From Eledone cirrhosa (taxonomy: Eukaryota): a DNA stretch of 64,000 bases. Position numbers and translations under genes: made by a program. Below are positions 52,001-64,000 of the stretch, piece after piece (position 1 is the first letter of the stretch; the number at the start of each line of letters is the position of its first letter). The stretch covers positions 29,574,001 to 29,638,000 of the forward strand of contig OZ024758.1 in assembly GCA_964016885.1 (NCBI GenBank). Direction: 5' to 3'. Below the pieces are notes generated by a model that ran no database searches, was not told the DNA's origin, and saw only the letters and a list, made by a program, of their open reading frames with translations.

Positions 52001-55000
52001 GCTATCATAAAATTATTGGAAATCATGTAAGTCTTTTTGTTGTTGCTATCATAACATTATTGGAAATCATGTAAGTCTTTTTCTTGTTGCTATCATGAAA
52101 TTATTGGAAGTCATGTAAGTCTTTTTGTTGTTGCTATCATAACATTATTGGAAATCATGTAAGTCTTTTTCTTGTTGCTATCATGAAATTATTGGAAGTC
52201 ATGTAAGTCTTTTTGTTGTTGCTATCATAACATTATTGGAAATCATGTAAGTCTTTTTCTTGTTGCTATCATAAAATTATTGGAATTAATGTAAGTCTTT
52301 TTGTTGTTGCTATCATAACATTATTGGAAATCATGTAAGACTTTTTGTTGTTGCTATCATAAAAATGTTGGAAGTCATGTAAGTCTTTTTGTTGTTGCTA
52401 TCATAAAATTATTGGAAATCATGTAAGTCTTTTTCTTGTTGCTATCATAAAATTATTGGAAGTCATGTAAGTGTTTTTGTTGCTATCATAAAATTATTGG
52501 AAGTCATATAAATCTTTTTGTTGTTGCTATCATAAAATTATTGGAAGTAATGTAAGTGTTTTTGTTGTTGCTATCATAAAATTATAGGAAGTCATGTCAG
52601 TCTTTTTGTTGTTGCTATCATAAAATTATTGGAAGTCATGTAAGTGTTTTTGTTGTTGCTATCATAAAATTATTGGAAGTAATGTAAGAGTTTTTGTTGT
52701 TGCTATCATAAAATTATTGGAAGTCATGTAAGAGTTTTTGTTGTTGCTATCATAAAATTATTGGCAGTCATGTAAGTGTTTTTGTTGTTGCTATCATAAA
52801 ATTATTGGAAGTCATGTAAGTCTTTTTGTTGTTGGTATCATAAAATTATTGGAAGTCATGTAAGAGTTTTTGTTGTTGCTATCATAAAATTATTGGAAGT
52901 CATGTAAGTGTTTTTGTTGTTGCTATCATAAAATTATTGGAAGTGATGTAAGTCTTTTTGTTGTTGGTATCATAAAATTATTGGAAGTCATGTAAGTCTT
53001 TTTGTTGTTGCTATCATAAAATTATTGGAAGTCATGTAAGTCTTCTTGTTGTTGCTATCATAAAACTATTGGAAGTCATGTAAGTCTTTTTGTTGTTGCT
53101 ATCATAAAATTATTGGAAGTCATGTAAGTCTTTTTGTTGTTGCTATCATAACATTATTGGAAATCATGTAAGACTTTTTGTTGTTGCTATCATAAAAATG
53201 TTGGAAGTCATGTAAGTCTTTTTGTTGTTGCTATCATAAAATTATTGGAAATCATGTAAGTCTTTTTGTTGTTGCTATCATAACATTATTGGAAATCATG
53301 TAAGTCTTTTTCTTGTTGCTATCATAAAATTATTGGAAGTCATGTAAGTCTTTTTCTTGTTGCTATCATAAAATTATTGGAAGTCATGTAAGTCTTTTTC
53401 TTGTTGCTATCATAAAATTATTGGAAGTCATGTAAGTCTTTTTGTTGTTGCTATCATAAAATTATTGGAAGTCATGTAAGTGTTTTTGTTGCTATCATAA
53501 AATTATTGGAAGTCATATAAGTCTTTTTGTTGTTGCTATCATAAAATTATTGGAAGTCATGTAAGTCTTTTTGTTGTTGCTATCATAAAATTATTGGAAG
53601 TCATGTAAGTCTTTTTGTTGTTGCTATCATAAAATTATTGGAAGTCATGTAAGTCTTTTTGTTGTTGCTATCATAAAATTATTGGAAGTCATGTTAGTGT
53701 TTTTGTTGCTATCATAAAATTATTGGAAGTCATATAAGTCTTTTTGTTGTTGCTAATATAAAATTATTGAAAGTAATGTAAGTGTTTTTGTTGTTGCTAT
53801 CATAAAATTATTGGAAGTCATGTAAGTCTTTTTGTTGTTGCTATCATAAAATTATTAGAAGTAATGTAAGTGTTTTTGTTGTTGCTATCATAAAATTATT
53901 GGAAGTCATGTAAGTCTTTTTGTTGTTGCTATCATAAAATTATTGGAAGTAACGTAAGTCTTTTAGTTGTTGGTATCATAAAATTATTGGAAGTCATGTA
54001 AGTCTTTTTGTTGTTGGTATCATAAAATTATTGGAAGTCATGTAAGACTTTTTGTTGTTGCTATCATGAAATTATTGGAAGTCATGTAAGTCTTTTTGTT
54101 GTTGCTATCATAAAATTATTGGAAGTCATGTAAGTCTTTTTATTGTTGCTATCATAAAATTATTGGAAATCATGTAAGTCTTTTTTGTTGTTGCTATCAT
54201 AACATTATTGGAAATCATGTAAGTCTTTTTCTTGTTGCTATCATAAAAATATTGGAAGTCATGTAAGTCTTTTTCTTGTTGCTATCATAAAATTATTGGA
54301 AATCATGTAAGTCTTTTTGTTGTTGCTATCATAACATTATTGGAAATCATGTAAGTCTTTTTCTTGTTGCTATCATGAAATTATTGGAAGTCATGTAAGT
54401 CTTTTTGTTGTTGCTATCATAACATTATTGGAAATCATGTAAGTCTTTTTCTTGTTGCTATCATGAAATTATTGGAAGTCATGTAAGTCTTTTTGTTGTT
54501 GCTATCATAACATTATTGGAAATCATGTAAGTCTTTTTCTTGTTGCTATCATGAAATTATTGGAAGTCATGTAAGTCTTTCTGTTGTTGCTATCATAAAA
54601 TTATTGGAAGTAATGTAAGTCTTTTTGTTGTTGCTATCATAAAATTATTGGAAGTCATGTAAGTCTTTTTGTTGTTGCTATCATAAAATTATTGGAAGTC
54701 ATGTAAGTCTTTTTGTTGTTGCTATCATAAAATTATTGGAATTAATGTAAGTCTTTTTGTTGTTGCTATCATAACATTATTGGAAATCATGTAAGACTTT
54801 TTGTTGTTGCTATCATAAAAATGTTGGAAGTCATGTAAGTCTTTTTGTTGTTGCTATCATAAAATTATTGGAAATCATGTAAGTCTTTTTCTTGTTGCTA
54901 TCATAAAATTATTGGAAGTCATGTAAGTGTTTTTGTTGCTATCATAAAATTATTGGAAGTCATATAAATCTTTTTGTTGTTGCTATCATAAAATTATTGG

Positions 55001-58000
55001 AAGTAATGTAAGTGTTTTTGTTGTTGCTATCATAAAATTATAGGAAGTTATGTCAGTCTTTTTGTTGTTGCTATCATAAAATTATTGGAAGTCATGTAAG
55101 TGTTTTTGTTGTTGCTATCATAAAATTATTGGAAGTAATGTAAGAGTTTTTGTTGTTGCTATCATAAAATTATTGGAAGTCATGTAAGAGTTTTTGTTGT
55201 TGCTATCATAAAATTATTGGCAGTCATGTAAGTGTTTTTGTTGTTGCTATCATAAAATTATTGGAAGTCATGTAAGTCTTTTTGTTGTTGGTATCATAAA
55301 ATTATTGGAAGTCATGTAAGAGTTTTTGTTGTTGCTATCATAAAATTATTGGAAGTCATGTAAGTGTTTTTGTTGTTGCTATCATAAAATTATTGGAAGT
55401 GATGTAAGTCTTTTTGTTGTTGGTATCATAAAATTATTGGAAGTCATGTAAGTCTTTTTGTTGTTGCTATCATAAAATTATTGGAAGTCATGTAAGTCTT
55501 CTTGTTGTTGCTATCATAAAACTATTGGAAGTCATGTAAGTCTTTTTGTTGTTGCTATCATAAAATTATTGGAAGTCATGTAAGTCTTTTTGTTGTTGTT
55601 ATCATAACATTATTGGAAATCATGTAAGACTTTTTGTTGTTGCTATCATAAAAATGTTGGAAGTCATGTAAGTCTTTTTGTTGTTGCTATCATAAAATTA
55701 TTGGAAATCATGTAAGTCTTTTTGTTGTTGCTATCATAACATTATTGGAAATCATGTAAGTCTTTTTCTTGTTGCTATCATAAAATTATTGGAAGTCATG
55801 TAAGTCTTTTTCTTGTTGCTATCATAAAATTATTGGAAGTCATGTAAGTCTTTTTCTTGTTGCTATCATAAAATTATTGGAAGTCATGTAAGTCTTTTTG
55901 TTGTTGCTATCATAAAATTATTGGAAGTCATGTAAGTGTTTTTGTTGCTATCATAAAATTATTGGAAGTCATATAAGTCTTTTTGTTGTTGCTATCATAA
56001 AATTATTGGAAGTCATGTAAGTCTTTTTGTTGTTGCTATCATAAAATTATTGGAAGTCATGTAAGTCTTTTTGTTGTTGCTATCATAAAATTATTGGAAG
56101 TCATGTAAGTCTTTTTGTTGTTGCTATCATAAAATTATTGGAAGTCATGTTAGTGTTTTTGTTGCTATCATAAAATTATTGGAAGTCATATAAGTCTTTT
56201 TGTTGTTGCTAATATAAAATTATTGAAAGTAATGTAAGTGTTTTTGTTGTTGCTATCATAAAATTATTGGAAGTCATGTAAGTCTTTTTGTTGTTGCTAT
56301 CATAAAATTATTAGAAGTAATGTAAGTGTTTTTGTTGTTGCTATCATAAAATTATTGGAAGTCATGTAAGTGTTTTTGTTGTTGCTATCATAAAATTATT
56401 GGCATTCATGTAAGTGTTTTTGTTGTTGCTATCATAACATTATTGGAAGTCATGTAAGTCTTTTTGTTGTTGCTATCATAATATTATTGGAAGTAATGTC
56501 AGTCTTTTTGTTGTTGCTATCATAAAATTATTGGAAGTCATATAAGTCTTTTTGTTGTTGCTATCATAAAATTATTGTAAGTAATGTAAGTGTTTTTGTT
56601 GTTGCTATCATAAAATTATTGTAAGTCATGTAAGTGTTTTTGTTGTTGCTATCATAAAATTATTGAAAGTCATGTAAGAGTTTTTGTTGTTGCTATCATA
56701 AAATTATTGGAAGTCATGTAAGTCTTTTTGTTGTTGCTATCATAAAATTATTGGAAGTCATATAAGTCTTTTTGTTGTTGCTATCATAAAATTATTGGAA
56801 GTCATGTAAGTGTTTTTGTTGTTGCTATCATAAAATTATTGGAAGTCATGTAAGTCTTTTTCTTGTTGCTATCATAAAATTATTGGAAGTCATGTAAGTG
56901 TTTTTGTTGCTATCATAAAATTATTGGAAGTCATATAAATCTTTTTGTTGTTGCTATTATAAAATTATTGGAAGTAATGTAAGTGTTTTTGTTTTTGCTA
57001 TCATAAAATTATTGGAAGTCATGTAAGTCTTTTTGTTGTTGCTATCATAAAATTATTGGAAGTCATGTAAGTCTTTTTGTTGTTGCTATCATAAAATTAT
57101 TGGAAGTCATGTTAGTGTTTTTGTTGCTATCATAAAATTATTGGAAGTCATATAAGTCTTTTTGTTGTTGCTAATATAAAATTATTGAAAGTAATGTAAG
57201 TGTTTTTGTTGTTGCTATCATAAAATTATTGGAAGTCATGTAAGTCTTTTTGTTGTTGCTATCATAAAATTATTAGAAGTAATGTAAGTGTTTTTGTTGT
57301 TGCTATCATAAAATTATTGGAAGTCATGTAAGTCTTTTTGTTGTTGGTATCATAAAATTATTGGAAGTCATGTAAGACTTTTTGTTGTTGCTATCATGAA
57401 ATTATTGGAAGTCATGTAAGTCTTTTTGTTGTTGCTATCATAAAATTATTGGAAGTCATGTAAGTCTTTTTATTGTTGCTATCATAAAATTATTGGAAAT
57501 CATGTAAGTCTTTTTTGTTGTTGCTATCATAACATTATTGGAAATCATGTAAGTCTTTTTCTTGTTGCTATCATAAAAATATTGGAAGTCATGTAAGTCT
57601 TTTTCTTGTTGCTATCATAAAATTATTGGAAATCATGTAAGTCTTTTTGTTGTTGCTATCATAACATTATTGGAAATCATGTAAGTCTTTTTCTTGTTGC
57701 TATCATGAAATTATTGGAAGTCATGTAAGTCTTTTTGTTGTTGCTATCATAACATTATTGGAAATCATGTAAGTCTTTTTCTTGTTGCTATCATGAAATT
57801 ATTGGAAGTCATGTAAGTCTTTTTGTTGTTGCTATCATAACATTATTGGAAATCATGTAAGTCTTTTTCTTGTTGCTATCATGAAATTATTGGAAGTCAT
57901 GTAAGTCTTTCTGTTGTTGCTATCATAAAATTATTGGAAGTAATGTAAGTCTTTTTGTTGTTGCTATCATAAAATTATTGGAAGTCATGTAAGTCTTTTT

Positions 58001-61000
58001 GTTGTTGCTATCATAAAATTATTGGAAGTCATGTAAGTCTTTTTGTTGTTGCTATCATAAAATTATTGGAATTAATGTAAGTCTTTTTGTTGTTGCTATC
58101 ATAACATTATTGGAAATCATGTAAGACTTTTTGTTGTTGCTATCATAAAAATGTTGGAAGTCATGTAAGTCTTTTTGTTGTTGCTATCATAAAATTATTG
58201 GAAATCATGTAAGTCTTTTTCTTGTTGCTATCATAAAATTATTGGAAGTCATGTAAGTGTTTTTGTTGCTATCATAAAATTATTGGAAGTCATATAAATC
58301 TTTTTGTTGTTGCTATCATAAAATTATTGGAAGTAATGTAAGTGTTTTTGTTGTTGCTATCATAAAATTATAGGAAGTCATGTCAGTCTTTTTGTTGTTG
58401 CTATCATAAAATTATTGGAAGTCATGTAAGTGTTTTTGTTGTTGCTATCATAAAATTATTGGAAGTAATGTAAGAGTTTTTGTTGTTGCTATCATAAAAT
58501 TATTGGAAGTCATGTAAGAGTTTTTGTTGTTGCTATCATAAAATTATTGGCAGTCATGTAAGTGTTTTTGTTGTTGCTATCATAAAATTATTGGAAGTCA
58601 TGTAAGTCTTTTTGTTGTTGGTATCATAAAATTATTGGAAGTCATGTAAGAGTTTTTGTTGTTGCTATCATAAAATTATTGGAAGTCATGTAAGTGTTTT
58701 TGTTGTTGCTATCATAAAATTATTGGAAGTGATGTAAGTCTTTTTGTTGTTGGTATCATAAAATTATTGGAAGTCATGTAAGTCTTTTTGTTGTTGCTAT
58801 CATAAAATTATTGGAAGTCATGTAAGTCTTCTTGTTGTTGCTATCATAAAACTATTGGAAGTCATGTAAGTCTTTTTGTTGTTGCTATCATAAAATTATT
58901 GGAAGTCATGTAAGTCTTTTTGTTGTTGTTATCATAACATTATTGGAAATCATGTAAGACTTTTTGTTGTTGCTATCATAAAAATGTTGGAAGTCATGTA
59001 AGTCTTTTTGTTGTTGCTATCATAAAATTATTGGAAATCATGTAAGTCTTTTTGTTGTTGCTATCATAACATTATTGGAAATCATGTAAGTCTTTTTCTT
59101 GTTGCTATCATAAAATTATTGGAAGTCATGTAAGTCTTTTTCTTGTTGCTATCATAAAATTATTGGAAGTCATGTAAGTCTTTTTCTTGTTGCTATCATA
59201 AAATTATTGGAAGTCATGTAAGTCTTTTTGTTGTTGCTATCATAAAATTATTGGAAGTCATGTAAGTGTTTTTGTTGCTATCATAAAATTATTGGAAGTC
59301 ATATAAGTCTTTTTGTTGTTGCTATCATAAAATTATTGGAAGTCATGTAAGTCTTTTTGTTGTTGCTATCATAAAATTATTGGAAGTCATGTAAGTCTTT
59401 TTGTTGTTGCTATCATAAAATTATTGGAAGTCATGTAAGTCTTTTTGTTGTTGCTATCATAAAATTATTGGAAGTCATGTTAGTGTTTTTGTTGCTATCA
59501 TAAAATTATTGGAAGTCATATAAGTCTTTTTGTTGTTGCTAATATAAAATTATTGAAAGTAATGTAAGTGTTTTTGTTGTTGCTATCATAAAATTATTGG
59601 AAGTCATGTAAGTCTTTTTGTTGTTGCTATCATAAAATTATTAGAAGTAATGTAAGTGTTTTTGTTGTTGCTATCATAAAATTATTGGAAGTCATGTAAG
59701 TGTTTTTGTTGTTGCTATCATAAAATTATTGGCATTCATGTAAGTGTTTTTGTTGTTGCTATCATAACATTATTGGAAGTCATGTAAGTCTTTTTGTTGT
59801 TGCTATCATAATATTATTGGAAGTAATGTCAGTCTTTTTGTTGTTGCTATCATAAAATTATTGGAAGTCATATAAGTCTTTTTGTTGTTGCTATCATAAA
59901 ATTATTGTAAGTAATGTAAGTGTTTTTGTTGTTGCTATCATAAAATTATTGTAAGTCATGTAAGTGTTTTTGTTGTTGCTATCATAAAATTATTGAAAGT
60001 CATGTAAGAGTTTTTGTTGTTGCTATCATAAAATTATTGGAAGTCATGTAAGTCTTTTTGTTGTTGCTATCATAAAATTATTGGAAGTCATATAAGTCTT
60101 TTTGTTGTTGCTATCATAAAATTATTGGAAGTCATGTAAGTGTTTTTGTTGTTGCTATCATAAAATTATTGGAAGTCATGTAAGTCTTTTTCTTGTTGCT
60201 ATCATAAAATTATTGGAAGTCATGTAAGTGTTTTTGTTGCTATCATAAAATTATTGGAAGTCATATAAATCTTTTTGTTGTTGCTATTATAAAATTATTG
60301 GAAGTAATGTAAGTGTTTTTGTTTTTGCTATCATAAAATTATAGGAAGTCATGTCAGTCTTTTTGTTGTTCCTATCATAAAATTATTGGAAGTCATATAA
60401 ATCTTTTTGTTGTTGCTATTATAAAATTATTGGAAGTAATGTAAGTGTTTTTGTTGTTGCTATCATAAAATTATTGGAAGTAATGTAAGAGTTTTTGTTG
60501 TTGCTATCATAAAATTATTGGAAGTCATGTAAGAGTTTTTGTTGTTGCTATCATAAAATTATTGGCAGTCATGTAAGTGTTTTTGTTGTTGCTATCATAA
60601 AATTATTGGAAGTCATGTAAGTCTTTTTGTTGTTGGTATCATAAAATTATTGGAAGTCATGTAAGAGTTTTTGTTGTTGCTATCATAAAATTATTGGAAG
60701 TCATGTAAGTGTTTTTGTTGTTGCTATCATAAAATTATTGGAAGTCATGTAAGTCTTTTTGTTGTTGGTATCATAAAATTATTGGAAGTCATGTAAGTCT
60801 TTTTGTTGTTGCTATCATAAAATTATTGGAAATCATGTAAGTCTTTTTTGTTGTTGCTATCATAACATTATTGGAAATCATGTAAGTCTTTTTCTTGTTG
60901 CTATCATAAAAATATTGGAAGTCATGTAAGTCTTTTTCTTGTTGCTATCATAAAATTATTGGAAATCATGTAAGTCTTTTTGTTGTTGCTATCATAACAT

Positions 61001-64000
61001 TATTGGAAATCATGTAAGTCTTTTTCTTGTTGCTATCCTGAAATTATTGGAAGTCATGTAAGTCTTTTTGTTGTTGCTATCATAACATTATTGGAAATCA
61101 TGTAAGTCTTTTTCTTGTTGCTATCATGAAATTATTGGAAGTCATGTAAGTCTTTTTGTTGTTGCTATCATAACATTATTGGAAATCATGTAAGTCTTTT
61201 TCTTGTTGCTATCATGAAATTATTGGAAGTCATGTAAGTCTTTTTGTTGTTGCTATCATAAAATTATTGGAAGTAATGTAAGTCTTTTTGTTGTTGCTAT
61301 CATAAAATTATTGGAAGTCATGTAAGTCTTTTTGTTGTTGCTATCATAAAATTATTGGAAGTCATGTAAGTCTTTTTGTTGTTGCTATCATAAAATTATT
61401 GGAATTAATGTAAGTCTTTTTGTTGTTGCTATCATAAAATTATTGGAAGTCATGTAAGTCTTTTTGTTGTTGCTATCATAAAATTATTGGAAGTCATGTA
61501 AGTCTTTTTGTTGTTGCTATCATAAAATTATTGGAAGTCATGTAAGTCTTTTTGTTGTTGCTATCATAAAATTATTGGAAATCATGTAAGTCTTTTTTGT
61601 TGTTGCTATCATAACATTATTGGAAATCATGTAAGTCTTTTTCTTGTTGCTATCATAAAAATATTGGAAGTCATGTAAGTCTTTTTGTTGTTGCTATCAT
61701 AAAATTATTGGAAATCATGTAAGTCTTTTTGTTGTTGCTATCATAACATTATTGGAAATCATGTAAGTCTTTTTCTTGTTGCTATCATGAAATTATTGGA
61801 AGTCATGTAAGTCTTTTTGTTGTTGCTATCATAACATTATTGGAAATCATGTAAGTCTTTTTCTTGTTGCTATCATGAAATTATTGGAAGTCATGTAAGT
61901 CTTTTTGTTGTTGCTATCATAACATTATTGGAAATCATGTAAGTCTTTTTCTTGTTGCTATCATGAAATTATTGGAAGTCATGTAAGTCTTTTTGTTGTT
62001 GCTATCATAAAATTATTGGAAGTAATGTAAGTCTTTTTGTTGTTGCTATCATAAAATTATTGGAAGTCATGTAAGTCTTTTTGTTGTTGCTATCATAAAA
62101 TTATTGGAAGTAATGTAAGTCTTTTTGTTGTTGCTATCATCAAATTATTGGAAGTCATGTAAGTCTTTTTGTTGTTGCTATCTTAAAATTATTGGAAGTA
62201 ATGTAAGTCTTTTTGTTGTTGCTATCATAAAATTATTGGAAGTCATATCAGTCTTTTTGTTGTTGCTATCATAAAATTATTGGAAGTCATGTAAGTCTTT
62301 TTGTTGTTGCTATCATAAAATTATTGGAAGTCATGTAAGTCATTTTGTTGTTGCTATCATAAAATTATTGGAAGTCATGTAAGTCTTTTTGTTGTTGCTA
62401 TCATAAAATCATTTGAAGTAATGTAAGTGTTTTTGTTGTTGCTATCATAAAATTATTGGAAGTAATGTGTCTTTTTGTTGTTGCTATCATAAAATTATTG
62501 GAAGTCATGTAAGTCTTTTTGTTGTTGGTATCATAAAATTATTGGAAGTCATGTAAGTCTTTTTGTTGTTGGTATCATAAAATTATTGGAAGTCATGTAA
62601 GACTTTTTGTTGTTGCTATCATGAAATTATTGGAAGTCATGTAAGTCTTTTTGTTGTTGGTATCATAAAATTATTGGAAGTCATGTAAGTCTTTTTGTTG
62701 TTGCTATCATAAAATTATTGGAAGTCATGTAAGTGTTTTTGTTGCTATCATAAAATTATTGGAGGTCATATAAGTCTTTTTGTTGTTGCTATCATAAAAT
62801 TATTGGAAGTCATGTAAGTCTTTTTGTTGTTGCTATCATAAAATTATTGGAAGTCATGTAAGTCTTTTTGTTGTTGGTATCATAAAATTATTGGAAGTCA
62901 TGTAAGTGTTTTTGTTGCTATCATAAAATTATTGGAAGTGATGTAAGTGTTTTTGTTGTTGCTATCATAAAATTATTAGAAGTCATGTAAGTCTTTTTGT
63001 TGTTGCTATCATAAAATTATTGGAAGTCATGTAAGTCTTTTTGTTGTTGCTATCATAAAATTATTGGAAGTCTTGTAAGTCTTTTTGTGGTTGTTATAAT
63101 AAAATTATAGAAGTCATGTAAGTGTTTTTGTTGTTGGTATCATAAAATTATTGGAAGTCATGTAAGTCTTTTTGTTGTTGGTATCATAAAATTATTGGAA
63201 GTAATGTAAGTCTTTTTGTTGTTGCTATCATAAAATTATTAGAAGTCATGTAAGTCTTTTTGTTGTTGCTATCATAAAATTATTGGAAGTCATGTAAGAC
63301 TTTTTGTTGTTGCTATCATAAAATTATTGGAAGTAATGTAAGTTTTTTGTTGTTGCTATCATAAAATTATTGGAAGTCATGTCAGTCTTTTTGTTGTTGC
63401 TATCATAAAATTATTGGAAGTCATGTAAGTCTTTTTGTTGTTGCTATCATAAAAATATTGGAAGTCACGTAAGTCTTTTTGTTGTTGCTATCATAAAATT
63501 ATTGGAAGTCATGTAAGTCTTTTTGTTGTTGCTATCATAAAATTATTGGAAGTCATGTAAGTCTTTTTGTTGTTGCTATCATAAAATTATTGGAAGTCAT
63601 GTAAGTCTTTTTGTTGTTGCTATCATAAAATTATTGGAAGTCATATCAGTCTTTTTGTTGTTGCTATCATAAAATTATTGGAAGTCATATCAGTCTTTTT
63701 GTTGTTGTTATCATAAAATTATTGGAAGTCATGTAAGTCTTTTTGTTGTTGCTATCATAAAATTATTGGAAGTCATAACAGTGTTTTTGTTGTTGCTATC
63801 ATAATATTATTGGAAGTAATGTAAGTCTTTTTGATGTTGCTATCATAAAATTATTGGAAGTCATGTAAGTGTTTTTGTTGTTGCTATCATAAAATTATTG
63901 GAAGTAATATAAGTGTTTTTGTTGTTGCTATTATAAAATTATTGGAAGTCATGTAAGTGTTTTTGTTGTTGCTATCATAAAATTATTGGAAGTCATGTAA
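28009..64000. repeat. 44-bp satellite array, >36 kb, roughly 820 monomers, running past the window end
   Basis: Consensus AAAATTATTGGAAGTCATGTAAGTCTTTTTGTTGTTGCTATCAT, with a recurrent 41-bp variant lacking one GTT; single orientation, no insertions seen. Confidence 0.98.

Noticed and set aside
28009-64000. CRISPR-like array or a coding repeat
   Set aside because: Monomers are contiguous with no unique spacers and no cas genes. The 44-bp period is not a multiple of 3 and no ORF is maintained.

Overview
AT-rich animal genomic DNA. The (TA)n/(CA)n microsatellites and tRNA-derived SINEs look cephalopod (Octopus-like); this is my inference from repeat content only. I could not support any host gene. 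Positions 1-28 kb are a dense transposon graveyard: a near full-length but disabled Tx1/L1 LINE inside a ~71-bp minisatellite, a CRE-like 3' end, several Penelope-like (PLE) remnants with hammerhead ribozymes and fold-back structure, a pogo/Tc2-type DNA transposon, an internally deleted Helitron, a 5'-truncated RTE with a PHD-like finger inside its RT, and several SINEs. Positions ~28,009-64,000 are one uninterrupted 44-bp satellite array (roughly 820 monomers) with kb-scale internal duplications. The main observation is that on the minus strand the edge monomer reads in frame into a Penelope GIY-YIG endonuclease C-terminus that the ORF track misses. The >36-kb satellite therefore appears to have arisen from the YIG-motif region of a Penelope endonuclease gene.
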